A program made the translations under genes and the position numbers. A stretch of DNA of 64,000 nucleotides from Candidatus Woesearchaeota archaeon. Its GTDB lineage: Archaea > Nanobdellota > Nanobdellia > Tiddalikarchaeales > Tiddalikarchaeaceae. This document shows, piece by piece, positions 40,236 through 49,790 of this stretch (position 1 is the stretch's first letter; each line of letters starts with the position of its first letter). The stretch covers positions 923 through 64,922 of the forward strand of contig CAYWEY010000005.1 in the NCBI GenBank assembly GCA_964457955.1. Direction: 5' to 3'. A model generated the notes under the pieces. It saw nothing but the letters and a program-made list of their open reading frames with translations, was not told the DNA's origin and ran no database searches.

Positions 40236-41653
40236 AGAAAGATGTTGAAGAATTATTTAAAAAAAAATATGCTTTGAATACTTCTTTTAATTATGATGAA
40301 GACATAAACAATATATTGGAGAATTATAAGACTGAAGAAGATGTTAGTATTAACAACTTACTCTATGATTTCCTGATTACCGTCCTTGATGACAGGAAAG
40401 AATTATCTCTAGAAGAATTATTGAATATAGGGCTTAATCCTTTTGATGTCAAATTCTTAGTGAATGATTGCATGCTTAAAGGATATTCTTTATCTATGAA
40501 AGAATGTTATTCAGTTATTTCAGTTATCAGGTGGGAGGAGATAGGTGACAGTATGAGCAAAGCTATCAAGGAAGCAGTTAATACTCCTGAAGAGAAAGAG
40601 AGGAGGAGGAAACAAGCACTGGAGTTATGGAAGAATCAGGAGTACAGGGAAAAAGTTGTAAGCGCCAGAAAGAGATTATGGAATAGTCCTGAATACAGGA
40701 AGAAGGTTATTAAGGGTTTGAAAGAGTATGCAAACACTCCTGAAGAGAAAGAGAGGAGGAGGAAACAAGCACTGGAGTTATGGGATAGTCCTGAATACAG
40801 GAAGAGGATGGAGAAAGCTTCAAAAAAGAGGTGGGAGAATCCTGAATACAGGGAAAAAGTTGTTGAGGGTTTGAAAGAGTATGCAAAGACTCCTGAAGGA
40901 AAGAAGAATTTAAGCAGGGCGGCATATAAGTCATGGAGTGTTATGACTTCTGAGGAGAAGAAGGACAGAATTGAGAGAAGAGATAAGGGTTTTAAGAAGT
41001 GGAGGAAGAAGAAGAGTAATGAAGAATATGGTGTTAATGATTATAAGGATTATGTTGTGAGAGTTGCTGAAAGCAGTGAATGGAAGAATTATGAAGGAAA
41101 AAGAACAAAAATAAATCTTTTTAAATTATTCTTGAAGAGAATAAAAAAAGAGAACAGTATTGAAGATTTCTTAAGAATTCTTGCACCTGAAAGAAAACAT
41201 TCAGAGCGTTTCAACGAACTCATGAGTTATGTGAAAGGAAATGCTTTCAAATTAATGAGTATTTTCAGAAATATTGGAAAAAATAAGGAATTAATCAATA
41301 CATGCGAGTATTTAGAAAATAATAATATTAAGATGAGTATTGATACTGTCTTCACAAAAAAAGATTATGATGCTTTAAAAAAATATTTTGATTATAATCG
41401 AGGAAGACATAAGACTAAGATGAGGAATTTTTTCGCATCATATTATATTTATTTCGCTGCATGCAGTCTTTATAATGAATTCAGGGATTTTGATGAAGAA
41501 TTTCTCCCGATTATTATGGACTCCTCTGTTGATGCATTAATAAATACTCTTGGATGGAGAAATCATTCTGAAAATTATACCAAGAATTTCAGGAAGTATT
41601 ATGCACGATTCTTAAGAATTTATAAGCAATTAGAGGAAGATGGATTATTATGA
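40232..41653 (+). CDS. Hypothetical protein with central NUMOD3-like 'W..PEYR.K' helical repeats
   Basis: Repeats LWKNQEYREK, LWNSPEYRKK, LWDSPEYRKR, RWENPEYREK; ATGA overlap with the upstream gene. Confidence 0.7.
   Translation: MKKDVEELFKKKYALNTSFNYDEDINNILENYKTEEDVSINNLLYDFLITVLDDRKELSLEELLNIGLNPFDVKFLVNDCMLKGYSLSMKECYSVISVIRWEEIGDSMSKAIKEAVNTPEEKERRRKQALELWKNQEYREKVVSARKRLWNSPEYRKKVIKGLKEYANTPEEKERRRKQALELWDSPEYRKRMEKASKKRWENPEYREKVVEGLKEYAKTPEGKKNLSRAAYKSWSVMTSEEKKDRIERRDKGFKKWRKKKSNEEYGVNDYKDYVVRVAESSEWKNYEGKRTKINLFKLFLKRIKKENSIEDFLRILAPERKHSERFNELMSYVKGNAFKLMSIFRNIGKNKELINTCEYLENNNIKMSIDTVFTKKDYDALKKYFDYNRGRHKTKMRNFFASYYIYFAACSLYNEFRDFDEEFLPIIMDSSVDALINTLGWRNHSENYTKNFRKYYARFLRIYKQLEEDGLL
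40583..40783. repeat. 48-bp identical direct repeat (40583-40630 and 40736-40783) inside a 153-bp duplicated unit
   Basis: actcctgaagagaaagagaggaggaggaaacaagcactggagttatgg twice. Confidence 0.9.
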
Positions 41654-42759
41654 GTTTCTTTGAACAAGAATACAGAGTTAAGCGTGATGTGGATTTGGGG
41701 GGAGGAATCTCGAATATTCTGGGCAAGTATAAGAATATCACTCTTGATTTTAATAATTTAGTGTATGACAATTATGATTTATTATTTGATGAAGAAGTTT
41801 ATACTCTTGAAGAATTGTTTGAGTTTTATAATCCCTGGGATGTCCGATTTTTGGTGAAAGAAGGTTTTCTTGACGGAGAATTATTAACTAATAAAGAATG
41901 CAGGAGTATTCATACTTCTCATTTTCTTAACACTAATGAAGGGATAATAGAGAAGAGGAATAAGACTTTAAGAACAAAAGAGTATCGTGAACTGGCAAGC
42001 CAATACTCTTTAGAGAGGTGGCATGGTAGTGATGAAAAATATGGTGAAGGCAGAATAAACACTCTTGAAGGATTATTCTCATGGATGGAGGATTCCGAAC
42101 TTAATGAACAGCGTATAAGGAATATTAAGAAGACAAAGAATACTCAGGAGTTTAAATGCACTACTATGAAAAGACTTGGAGTCAGTGATTACCGCAAGTA
42201 TTTGGTGAATTTTTATAAAAAAGTTGATAAAAATATGAGTTATTCCCAACTCTTCCATTATTTTCTCAGAAGAGTGAGAGATGATAAGAAAGAATGGGGT
42301 TTTATTGCACCAAAAAGTTCAAGAGAAGAAGATGATAAGTGTTTAAGGAAGAGGATTAAGGACAATTTCTTCTTATTCAATCATTTATTAAAAACTTTTG
42401 ACAATAATCCTGTTCTTAAAAAAGCATCAAAGCATATTAAGGAGAATAATATTGATGTAAGTCTTAATCCCGAAAATTATGAGGGTTATAAAGAACTTGT
42501 CAAAATTTTTGGAATAAAACGCTCCAAAAAGAATTATTACTATTACAGCGAATTCCACCGCGATTATTACCCTAAATTATTAGTTTGCAGTCTTGTTGAA
42601 GAAGAATATGATAAGAAAGAATTATATGAAGTATTAGTTGATGAAGCGCATGAATTATTGTTTATCAGACTATCTAATACTTCAGAACCTACCAAGTTTT
42701 ACAGAAGATTCTACCGTTCAATAAAGAAACTGAAAAAGAAAGGATGGATTTCCTGCTAG
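41650..42759 (+). CDS. Hypothetical protein, paralog of the preceding gene with a shorter repeat region
   Basis: Shared NIL.KYK/NIL.NYK, NNL.YD, LEEL..NP(F/W)DV(K/R)FLV, KEC.S and GV.DY motifs; ATGA overlap. Confidence 0.7.
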   Translation: MSFFEQEYRVKRDVDLGGGISNILGKYKNITLDFNNLVYDNYDLLFDEEVYTLEELFEFYNPWDVRFLVKEGFLDGELLTNKECRSIHTSHFLNTNEGIIEKRNKTLRTKEYRELASQYSLERWHGSDEKYGEGRINTLEGLFSWMEDSELNEQRIRNIKKTKNTQEFKCTTMKRLGVSDYRKYLVNFYKKVDKNMSYSQLFHYFLRRVRDDKKEWGFIAPKSSREEDDKCLRKRIKDNFFLFNHLLKTFDNNPVLKKASKHIKENNIDVSLNPENYEGYKELVKIFGIKRSKKNYYYYSEFHRDYYPKLLVCSLVEEEYDKKELYEVLVDEAHELLFIRLSNTSEPTKFYRRFYRSIKKLKKKGWISC

Positions 42760-43319
42760 AACCATTCAGGATAATCTTTTTTTAATTTATTCACTTTTTT
42801 ATGAAGTGGTTCAGGCCTGCTGAAATTATTCTTAATAACCTCATCTGCAAGACTGAAAGTCTTATTAAGATTAAACATTTCATACTGCCTCTTCTCATGT
42901 TTTTTAAATTCTTCAAGTGTTTTAGGGAATCCTGGTCTTCCTCTTTGTCTTAATCTTTTGAATCTTATTTCAGGATCAGCATCAACTTTTAACAAGATAT
43001 AATCATCCCCGAATTCTTCTCTGAATATTTTACTATCACTAGGGAGTCTTATCCCGTCAATAATAGCTCTTTTTACATCTTCTTCTTTTATTTTCTCAAC
43101 AATTCTTTTCACAAAATAATCCTGACCATGCTTTTCTCTGAGTTCTTCGCTCACTCTATCAGTATTATCACGAGTTATGTTCAGTCCTTTTTTTCTTGTT
43201 TCTTCCCTAACTATATCGCCAACAGTGAACTGAGTATAACCATACTCTTCTTTCAAGTATTTCCCTACTTCTCCTTTCCCAGCACCGATTGTTCCGCATA
43301 AACCAATTATCTTAACCAT
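42756..43319 (-). CDS. Archaeal dephospho-CoA kinase-like / nucleoside monophosphate kinase-fold protein
   Basis: IIGLCGTIGAGKG P-loop, GDIVREE, IIDGIR, RFKRL..RGR; start more likely 43319 than 43340. Confidence 0.8.
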   Translation of the reverse strand: MVKIIGLCGTIGAGKGEVGKYLKEEYGYTQFTVGDIVREETRKKGLNITRDNTDRVSEELREKHGQDYFVKRIVEKIKEEDVKRAIIDGIRLPSDSKIFREEFGDDYILLKVDADPEIRFKRLRQRGRPGFPKTLEEFKKHEKRQYEMFNLNKTFSLADEVIKNNFSRPEPLHKKVNKLKKDYPEWF

Positions 43320-43381
43320 TAATGAATAGGAATAATACAATGAATTAAAAATTTTTTTAACTCATTTATCAGTTTATAATT

Positions 43382-44117
43382 ATGATGATTTTATTAATAA
43401 TATTCTTAATATTTTTAGGAAACCTGACAGGTGTATTAATTGGTTTGTTAAAAAAAAAAAACCAACCAAGGGCTTAACTAGTTTCAATATAGGATTATCA
43501 GCAAGTATCATGATTTTTTTTATCATTCATTGAATTAATTCCTGAAAGTTTGAAATACTTGGATATTATTGTAACATCAATATTCTTTTTTATCGACGTA
43601 TTAATAATATGGACTGCTGATAATCTTCTTCCAATCATTGAACCAAACCTGGGAAAGAGGAAGAATGTTTTAAAAAAAATCAGTTATCCTAATCATTTTT
43701 GGAATAATTATTCATAATATTCCTGAAGGATTTGCAGTAAGCAGTTCTTACTTACTGACAGAATTAACCGGACTGAGATTAATGATTGGACTCGCATTCC
43801 ATAATGTTCCGGAAACTCTTGCACTTTCATTAATAGTTTATTCGTTCACAAAGAACAGGGGTAAGGCTTTCATTATTTCCATAATAACAATATTTGTTGA
43901 ATTACTGAGTTTCTTAATTGGTTATTTCTTTTTTAGTTTCAAATCATCAGTCATTATTGCATTAATGACGTGCCTGACTGCAGGAATAATGACTTATATT
44001 AGTATTGATGAAATGCTTCCTCTAGCAAGTTTTAAAAAACATAGAACTAGGACAATAACAGGATTAGTGCTTGGAGGATTATTAATTGTTTTAATAAAAA
44101 CTTTTATCAATAATTGA
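43382..44117 (+). pseudogene. ZIP/ZupT-family metal transporter with three frameshifts
   Basis: Joined frames give ...GLSASIMIFLSFIELIPES...GIIIHNIPEGFAV...GLAFHNVPE...AGIMTYISIDEMLP; shifts near the A12 run 43450-43461, the T8 run 43514-43521 and about 43688. Confidence 0.85.
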
Positions 44118-44136
44118 TGATTATTAGTTTTTTTTT

Positions 44137-45273
44137 ATGAAAAAGAAGTCAAAAAAACAAGTTATGACTTTCTCTTTCGCAAGTTTTTTTAATGATATAG
44201 GGAGCGACATGGTTGCTCCAGTATGGCCTTTGTTCGTGACTTCAGTATTAGGTGCAGGAACTACTGCTCTCGGATTTCTTGACGGGCTTGGAATCGCACT
44301 TGTTTCATTAAGCAGTATGTTCAGCGGTTATTTCTCAGACAAGTTAAGGAAGCGCAAGTTATTCATCTGGACAGGTTATTTAATGTCAGGATTCTCACGA
44401 CTAGGTTATTCTATTTCCAGAGCCTGGCAGCACTTGGTTCCTTTCAAAATGTTTGACAGGATAGGTAAGATGAGGGATCCTCCAAGGGATGCGTTAGTTT
44501 CAGAAATAGTTCCAAAAAAAGAGAGGGGTGAGAGTTTCGGATTCCTACGCAGCATGGACACTCTTGGTGCAGTTGTGGGTACAATAATCAGTTATATACT
44601 CATAAGCCTGATTCCAATTAAGGACATATTATTAATTGCTGCAATACCAAGCATAATAAGCGCCTTACTAGTCCTAAAATTTGTTAAAGAAAAAAAGAAT
44701 AAGAAAAAAATATTTAAAGGATTCAAACCATTCAAACTAAATAATAATAATACTAAATTATTCTTCACTATAAGCGTCTTATTCTCGCTGACAACATTCA
44801 CTTACTCGTTCATAATCTTGTTCGCTAAAGAGATAGGATTCACAGATAAATCAATACCATTACTTTACCTAGTTTTTACAATGATTTATGCATTATTCTC
44901 TTATTATTTCGGAAAATTGTCAGATAAGATTAGGAGGAAGCCAGTTATTATTATTTCTTACATGATTTTTGCCTTAATGTGCGCAATGATAATCTTCACT
45001 CAAAACACTATTTATACTATTATTATCTTCGTTCTTTACGGACTGTTTAATGCAGCAGTAGATCCTGTTCAGAGAAGTTTCGTAGCAGACCTCTCAAAAA
45101 AAGAAGTGAGGGGGAGTGTTATGGGAATGTTCAAAATGCTTAATGGGTTAGCAGCAGTGCCCGCAGGATTACTTGCAGGATTCTTATATAATATTCATTA
45201 CACACTCCCGTTTCTTTTAGGACTAACGAGTTCATTATTCTCAGCAGGATTAATGGTTTTTGTTAAGGAATAA
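44137..45273 (+). CDS. MFS transporter
   Basis: SFFNDIGSDM, GYFSDKLRKRK, RDPPRDAL, RSMDTLGAV, GKLSDKIRRK. Confidence 0.9.
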   Translation: MKKKSKKQVMTFSFASFFNDIGSDMVAPVWPLFVTSVLGAGTTALGFLDGLGIALVSLSSMFSGYFSDKLRKRKLFIWTGYLMSGFSRLGYSISRAWQHLVPFKMFDRIGKMRDPPRDALVSEIVPKKERGESFGFLRSMDTLGAVVGTIISYILISLIPIKDILLIAAIPSIISALLVLKFVKEKKNKKKIFKGFKPFKLNNNNTKLFFTISVLFSLTTFTYSFIILFAKEIGFTDKSIPLLYLVFTMIYALFSYYFGKLSDKIRRKPVIIISYMIFALMCAMIIFTQNTIYTIIIFVLYGLFNAAVDPVQRSFVADLSKKEVRGSVMGMFKMLNGLAAVPAGLLAGFLYNIHYTLPFLLGLTSSLFSAGLMVFVKE

Positions 45274-45305
45274 ACTTTTTATATCATCATAATTTATTTT
45301 GTGTT

Positions 45306-47996
45306 ATGCGTAAGTGTGTTACTCCAATTATTGCAATTGTATTATTATCTTTGATGACTGTTGGTGCTGTTGGTGTCGCGTTCTTCTGGGTTAGTAATGT
45401 TCAGTCTTCTATTTCTGAGCAAGCAGGTAGTAGTGTTGGCAGTAGTCCGGGGAGTGATTGTAGTCGTCTTAATATTGTATCTGTTAGGGGTAACAAAGTT
45501 AGTGTTAGTAATGTGGGTTGTGATACTGTTGAGAATGTATCTGTTGTTGTTGATGGTGTTTTGACTGAGTATGAGGTTAGTCTTGGTCCTGGTCAGGCGA
45601 CCACGATTAATTTGGTTGAGTCCATGAGTAGTGGTGAAGAGCATTGCGTGACTGTTACTTTACCGAGTGGTGTTAGGAGCACTCAGTGTGTGAGTAGTTC
45701 TCAAGCGACTGAAGAAGCAGGTTTTGGAGAAGAAGAGGAAGAAGGTGTGTGGTATTCGGGTTGTAGTATGGGAGAAACAGTTGTTGACTGGGATGATAAA
45801 ACAACATTCTCACTTAGTGATACTTTGAGTTGTGGTTGTAACAGTACTAGTGGTATTAATTATTTGACTAATCCTGGTTTTGAAGATGACTTTACAGACT
45901 GGACTGTGGAGGATAATGGTGAGACAGTGATTATTAATAATACTATTGTTCATAATGGAAGCAAATCTGTTTATATGAAGAGCACTAATCCTGATATTGG
46001 TGTCCAGCCGAATGTATATCAATTTGTTGATGAAGCAGGATATATAATATTAAGTGTTAACAGCAGTGTTAATGATAGTGCTGGTGCTGACGCATTCACT
46101 GATGTGGTTGTTTCAGTTGGTGAAGATAGTCCTGAATATCGCATATATTATGGTTTGTTCTGGACTCCAGGAGGAACTATTGATTCATTCTGCAATGATT
46201 TTATTCCCATGGGAGAGAATATGTATGCTGTATGCCCGAGCGAGTCATTGAATGATTATGAATGGAACACTGTTTTTTTCCATCCTAAAGAGGATTTTAA
46301 GGAAATATTCGGTATTGATATTGATGATTATTCTGTTAAAGTAATCACTCTGTTAGTCGGCGGAACTACTGAAGCATACTTTGATGATTTATATACTGGT
46401 CCTTCAAGCGAAGGAATGTACTGCGACAGCAGTAATGATGATGGTGTTGCTGATGGTGTTTGTTATAATAATAGTTGCGTTGACACTTATATTCGGGATT
46501 GGAGCAGTCCTAATGAATTCTTTACAAGTGAAGATGTTTTTGTCAATGTCAGTCTTGTTAGTTTTGCTTCAAGTCCTAGTTGCAACCTGAATATTGATAA
46601 TTCTGATTATAGTATGGATTTAACGAGTTATTCAGCATCTGATACAACAAGTCCTTTATCAAGAGGAAGGTATGAAGCAAATGTTACTTGCACAGGAGAT
46701 AATAGTGAAATGTCCTTAGCCAGGAATATATCATCAAATATTATTAAACATAATTGGACAAACACTTACTCAATTTCAGGTTTAGGATATAAGCATATGG
46801 CTGTTGCAGAGTTTGATGGTTCCAGTCCGGGTAAAGAAATATTTATTCCATCATATAAGAATGAAACATTATTACTTTCTTCATCAGGCAATATTCTCAA
46901 GAATTTCAGCATATATAATGATTATATTGATATGGATTCTGAATACGGTGCTCATCCTTCTCCTGTAAGAATAGTTGATTTAAATAATGATGGATATAAT
47001 GAATTAATCTTTAAAACATGGAGCAATCTTTATGTTTATGATAAGAATTATGATTTGTTAGTGAATATTTCAGATTACTTTAATGATGATGTTGCTTTAT
47101 CCATTGCCGACGTTAATGATTCTTCTTCAGGTTTAGAAATTGTTGACACTGATTCAGGGAATATAAGAATATATAATAGTACTGGAGGAGAATTAGTTGA
47201 TAAAGATTATTATAGTTGTACTTCTAGAGGAGGCACTGCCATAAAAGGAGCTGTAGTGGATGATATTAATCCTAATAATCCTGGTCCTGAAGTGATTATT
47301 GGAGAACCAAGATGTTATTGGAAAGGAATCAGAATGTTCATGACTAATGGGAGTTATTTATATAATTATTCTTTGCATACTTCTGACAGTATGTCTAAGT
47401 GGGCTACTCCTGCAGTAGCAGATGTTGATTCATCCAGTCCTGGTAAAGAAATTGCTTACCCATTGCATGATGATAGTGGCAATAATTATCTTTACTTGTT
47501 TAACAGTTCTTTAAGTCCTTTATGGAATTATTCTTATTCAGGAAGTGATTATTATCCTCATTCTCCAATAATAGGTGATGTTGACGGTGACGCTGATTTG
47601 GAAATAATATTTTATACAGAAGATAATTCTGGAAGTTCAAACCATAAATTATGGGTTTTTGATAAAGATGGTAATGTAATTTTAGAATATGATGGTTTTT
47701 CAGGAGATATTCGTCCATTACTCTCAGAAATTGACTCAGGCAATCCTGGTCTTGAAATAATGAGTGGGGGTAGTGAGGGATTGAAAGTATTGAATTCAAC
47801 AGGATATGATTTGTACACTAGTACTATGAGTGTGGGCCCAAATATTGTTACAACAGATATTGATAATGATGGGTATATTGAGATAATAGCTGCGTCTGGT
47901 GGTTCGGTGAATTGTTTTGAAACATTATCAACAGAGACGAGTAAGATTTGGCCCACTTTTCATCAGAATAATAACAATACAGGATATTTGTCCTGA
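45306..47996 (+). CDS. Pilin-like (class III signal peptide) adhesin: pilin domain, carbohydrate-binding-like domain, FG-GAP propeller
   Basis: MRKC|VTPIIAIVLLSLMTVGAVGVAFFW; NPGFE...YFDD module; D(V/L)DxxxPGxEI repeats; WPTFHQNNNNTG end. Confidence 0.8.
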   Translation: MRKCVTPIIAIVLLSLMTVGAVGVAFFWVSNVQSSISEQAGSSVGSSPGSDCSRLNIVSVRGNKVSVSNVGCDTVENVSVVVDGVLTEYEVSLGPGQATTINLVESMSSGEEHCVTVTLPSGVRSTQCVSSSQATEEAGFGEEEEEGVWYSGCSMGETVVDWDDKTTFSLSDTLSCGCNSTSGINYLTNPGFEDDFTDWTVEDNGETVIINNTIVHNGSKSVYMKSTNPDIGVQPNVYQFVDEAGYIILSVNSSVNDSAGADAFTDVVVSVGEDSPEYRIYYGLFWTPGGTIDSFCNDFIPMGENMYAVCPSESLNDYEWNTVFFHPKEDFKEIFGIDIDDYSVKVITLLVGGTTEAYFDDLYTGPSSEGMYCDSSNDDGVADGVCYNNSCVDTYIRDWSSPNEFFTSEDVFVNVSLVSFASSPSCNLNIDNSDYSMDLTSYSASDTTSPLSRGRYEANVTCTGDNSEMSLARNISSNIIKHNWTNTYSISGLGYKHMAVAEFDGSSPGKEIFIPSYKNETLLLSSSGNILKNFSIYNDYIDMDSEYGAHPSPVRIVDLNNDGYNELIFKTWSNLYVYDKNYDLLVNISDYFNDDVALSIADVNDSSSGLEIVDTDSGNIRIYNSTGGELVDKDYYSCTSRGGTAIKGAVVDDINPNNPGPEVIIGEPRCYWKGIRMFMTNGSYLYNYSLHTSDSMSKWATPAVADVDSSSPGKEIAYPLHDDSGNNYLYLFNSSLSPLWNYSYSGSDYYPHSPIIGDVDGDADLEIIFYTEDNSGSSNHKLWVFDKDGNVILEYDGFSGDIRPLLSEIDSGNPGLEIMSGGSEGLKVLNSTGYDLYTSTMSVGPNIVTTDIDNDGYIEIIAASGGSVNCFETLSTETSKIWPTFHQNNNNTGYLS

Positions 47997-48039
47997 ACAT
48001 AAAGGTTTAAAAACTAAAAAACATTTTTTTTACTTTATT

Positions 48040-48115
48040 GGCTGGGGTAGTTTAATCTGGTTTAGAATAACAGGTTGTGGCCCTGTTGATCCGGGTTCAA
48101 ATCCCGGCCCTGGCC
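48040..48115 (+). tRNA. tRNA-His(GTG) with encoded G-1 and C73
   Basis: Acceptor GCTGGGG/CCCTGGC, anticodon stem ACAGG/CCTGT with GTG at 48077-48079, T arm CCGGG-TTCAAAT-CCCGG. Confidence 0.95.
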
Positions 48116-48220
48116 CATCAACCAAATTCTAATTAATTGTTGTATTTAATTGACAACAATATTTTTTATTGGTCTTTTTTCCATTTAATATTCTAAAAAA
48201 AAATGGAGGTGAAGTAAAAA

Positions 48221-48502
48221 ATGAATTTGGAAAATAGGCTGGATGCTGGAGAAATAATAGAAAAAGCAAATAAGAGAATAATGAACATATTCAAAATAAG
48301 ATATAATAATATTGAAGGAAACAACAATGACGGACCAAGACTGGTAAAGAATCTTTACAAAAGATTTGAAAAAAGAGTGAACAGGATACAAAAAATGAGA
48401 GAAAAATATGACATGACCCAAGAAATAAGAATAAAAAAAGATTTAGAGATAAGGAATGATAAGATGAATAAAAGATTGGAAAAAGCAATACAAATAGTTT
48501 AA
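48221..48502 (+). CDS. Small basic hypothetical protein
   Basis: 93 aa, helical and charged; preceded by GGAGGTGA SD. Confidence 0.55.
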   Translation: MNLENRLDAGEIIEKANKRIMNIFKIRYNNIEGNNNDGPRLVKNLYKRFEKRVNRIQKMREKYDMTQEIRIKKDLEIRNDKMNKRLEKAIQIV

Positions 48503-48530
48503 TAAGTTTGGTGAAAAAAAAACCAAACTT

Positions 48531-49754
48531 TTATAATTCTTTTATTTTCTTCTCTTTCTGCTTACCACTCTTCAAATACTTGACAGTTACAACTCCTTTT
48601 TTCTTCAAATCCTTCTCACCAACAATTATGACTGTCTCATAATTCTTGCTGTCAGCATACTCTAATTGACTGCTTAAACTCCTGCTCGTCAAGTTTAAGT
48701 CAACACTTTCATCTTTGTTTCTTAATATTTCAGCAATCTCAAAAGCTTCGTCCATGACTTCACCTACTGTTGCAATAAAGGTGATTTCTTTAGGAAAACT
48801 AGGCACTAATCCTTTAGCTCGCATAATCTCCAATAATACCATATCACCTATAGCAAAACCGACTGCAGGAGTTTTCTTCCCGCCAAAATCACTTATTAAA
48901 TCATCATACTCTCCTCCACCAAATATTGCGCGGAACTCTCTTTTCTTGTCATACGCTTCAAAAACAACACCAGTATAATAAGCGAGTCCTCTAACAATAC
49001 TGATATCAAAAGATAAGTATTTCTTATCAACATTATTGAACAATCTCTCAATCTTATTTACATCAATGTCGTGTTTTTTTAATTCATTAACAAGTTCTTC
49101 ATTCTTTAATTTAATAAGTTTAATTAATTCTTCAGACTTTTCACTAATACTATCTAATTCTTTTTTAAACTCTTCTTCACTTATCTTATACTTCTTATCA
49201 AGAAGAGTGTAGAAAGACTGCGGGTCATTAATCTTGAAAATAGGAACCAGACTATCAACTATTTTACGACTATTCACGCATATCTCAAAATCCATGTGAG
49301 TGAGTCCCACACTCTTCAATAAACTAATACCAAGATTAATAATCTCAATAAGTGATGCTTCCGAATCACTTCCAACAATATCAGCATTGTACTGGAAGAA
49401 CTCTCTTCCCCGTCCTTTCTGAGGACGTTCATAACGGAATATTCTTGGAATACTAAACCACTTCAATGGCTTCTTCAAACCCTTACCATAATTAACAACA
49501 TACCTTGCGAGTTGAGGAGTTAATTCAGCACGCAGACAGACATCCCTGTCTCCTTTATCCTTGAACCAGAATAACTGCTCCTTAATCTCATCTCCGCTCT
49601 TCTCAGTGAATAATTCAACAGGACACAAAACAGGCGCTTCATACTCTTCAAAACCATACTTCTCACTTATTTTACGAAAATTGTTGAAAATGAACTGCAG
49701 AATCCTCCAGTCAGTTGGAAGAAAATCCCTTGTTCCTTTATAAGAATTAATCAT
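48531..49754 (-). CDS. hisS: Histidine--tRNA ligase
   Basis: KGTRDFLP, LRAELT, FRYERPQKGRGREFFQ, RGLAYYTG, GGGEYD, PAVGFAIG. Confidence 0.97.
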   Translation of the reverse strand: MINSYKGTRDFLPTDWRILQFIFNNFRKISEKYGFEEYEAPVLCPVELFTEKSGDEIKEQLFWFKDKGDRDVCLRAELTPQLARYVVNYGKGLKKPLKWFSIPRIFRYERPQKGRGREFFQYNADIVGSDSEASLIEIINLGISLLKSVGLTHMDFEICVNSRKIVDSLVPIFKINDPQSFYTLLDKKYKISEEEFKKELDSISEKSEELIKLIKLKNEELVNELKKHDIDVNKIERLFNNVDKKYLSFDISIVRGLAYYTGVVFEAYDKKREFRAIFGGGEYDDLISDFGGKKTPAVGFAIGDMVLLEIMRAKGLVPSFPKEITFIATVGEVMDEAFEIAEILRNKDESVDLNLTSRSLSSQLEYADSKNYETVIIVGEKDLKKKGVVTVKYLKSGKQKEKKIKEL

Positions 49755-49790
49755 AAATACTTAAATAATGCTTAATGTTTTTTTAACTTT

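Noticed and set aside
40232..42759. Homing endonuclease or mobile intron call for the NUMOD3-like proteins
   Set aside because: No HNH, GIY-YIG, LAGLIDADG or clear PD-(D/E)xK motif was seen, and no host gene is interrupted.
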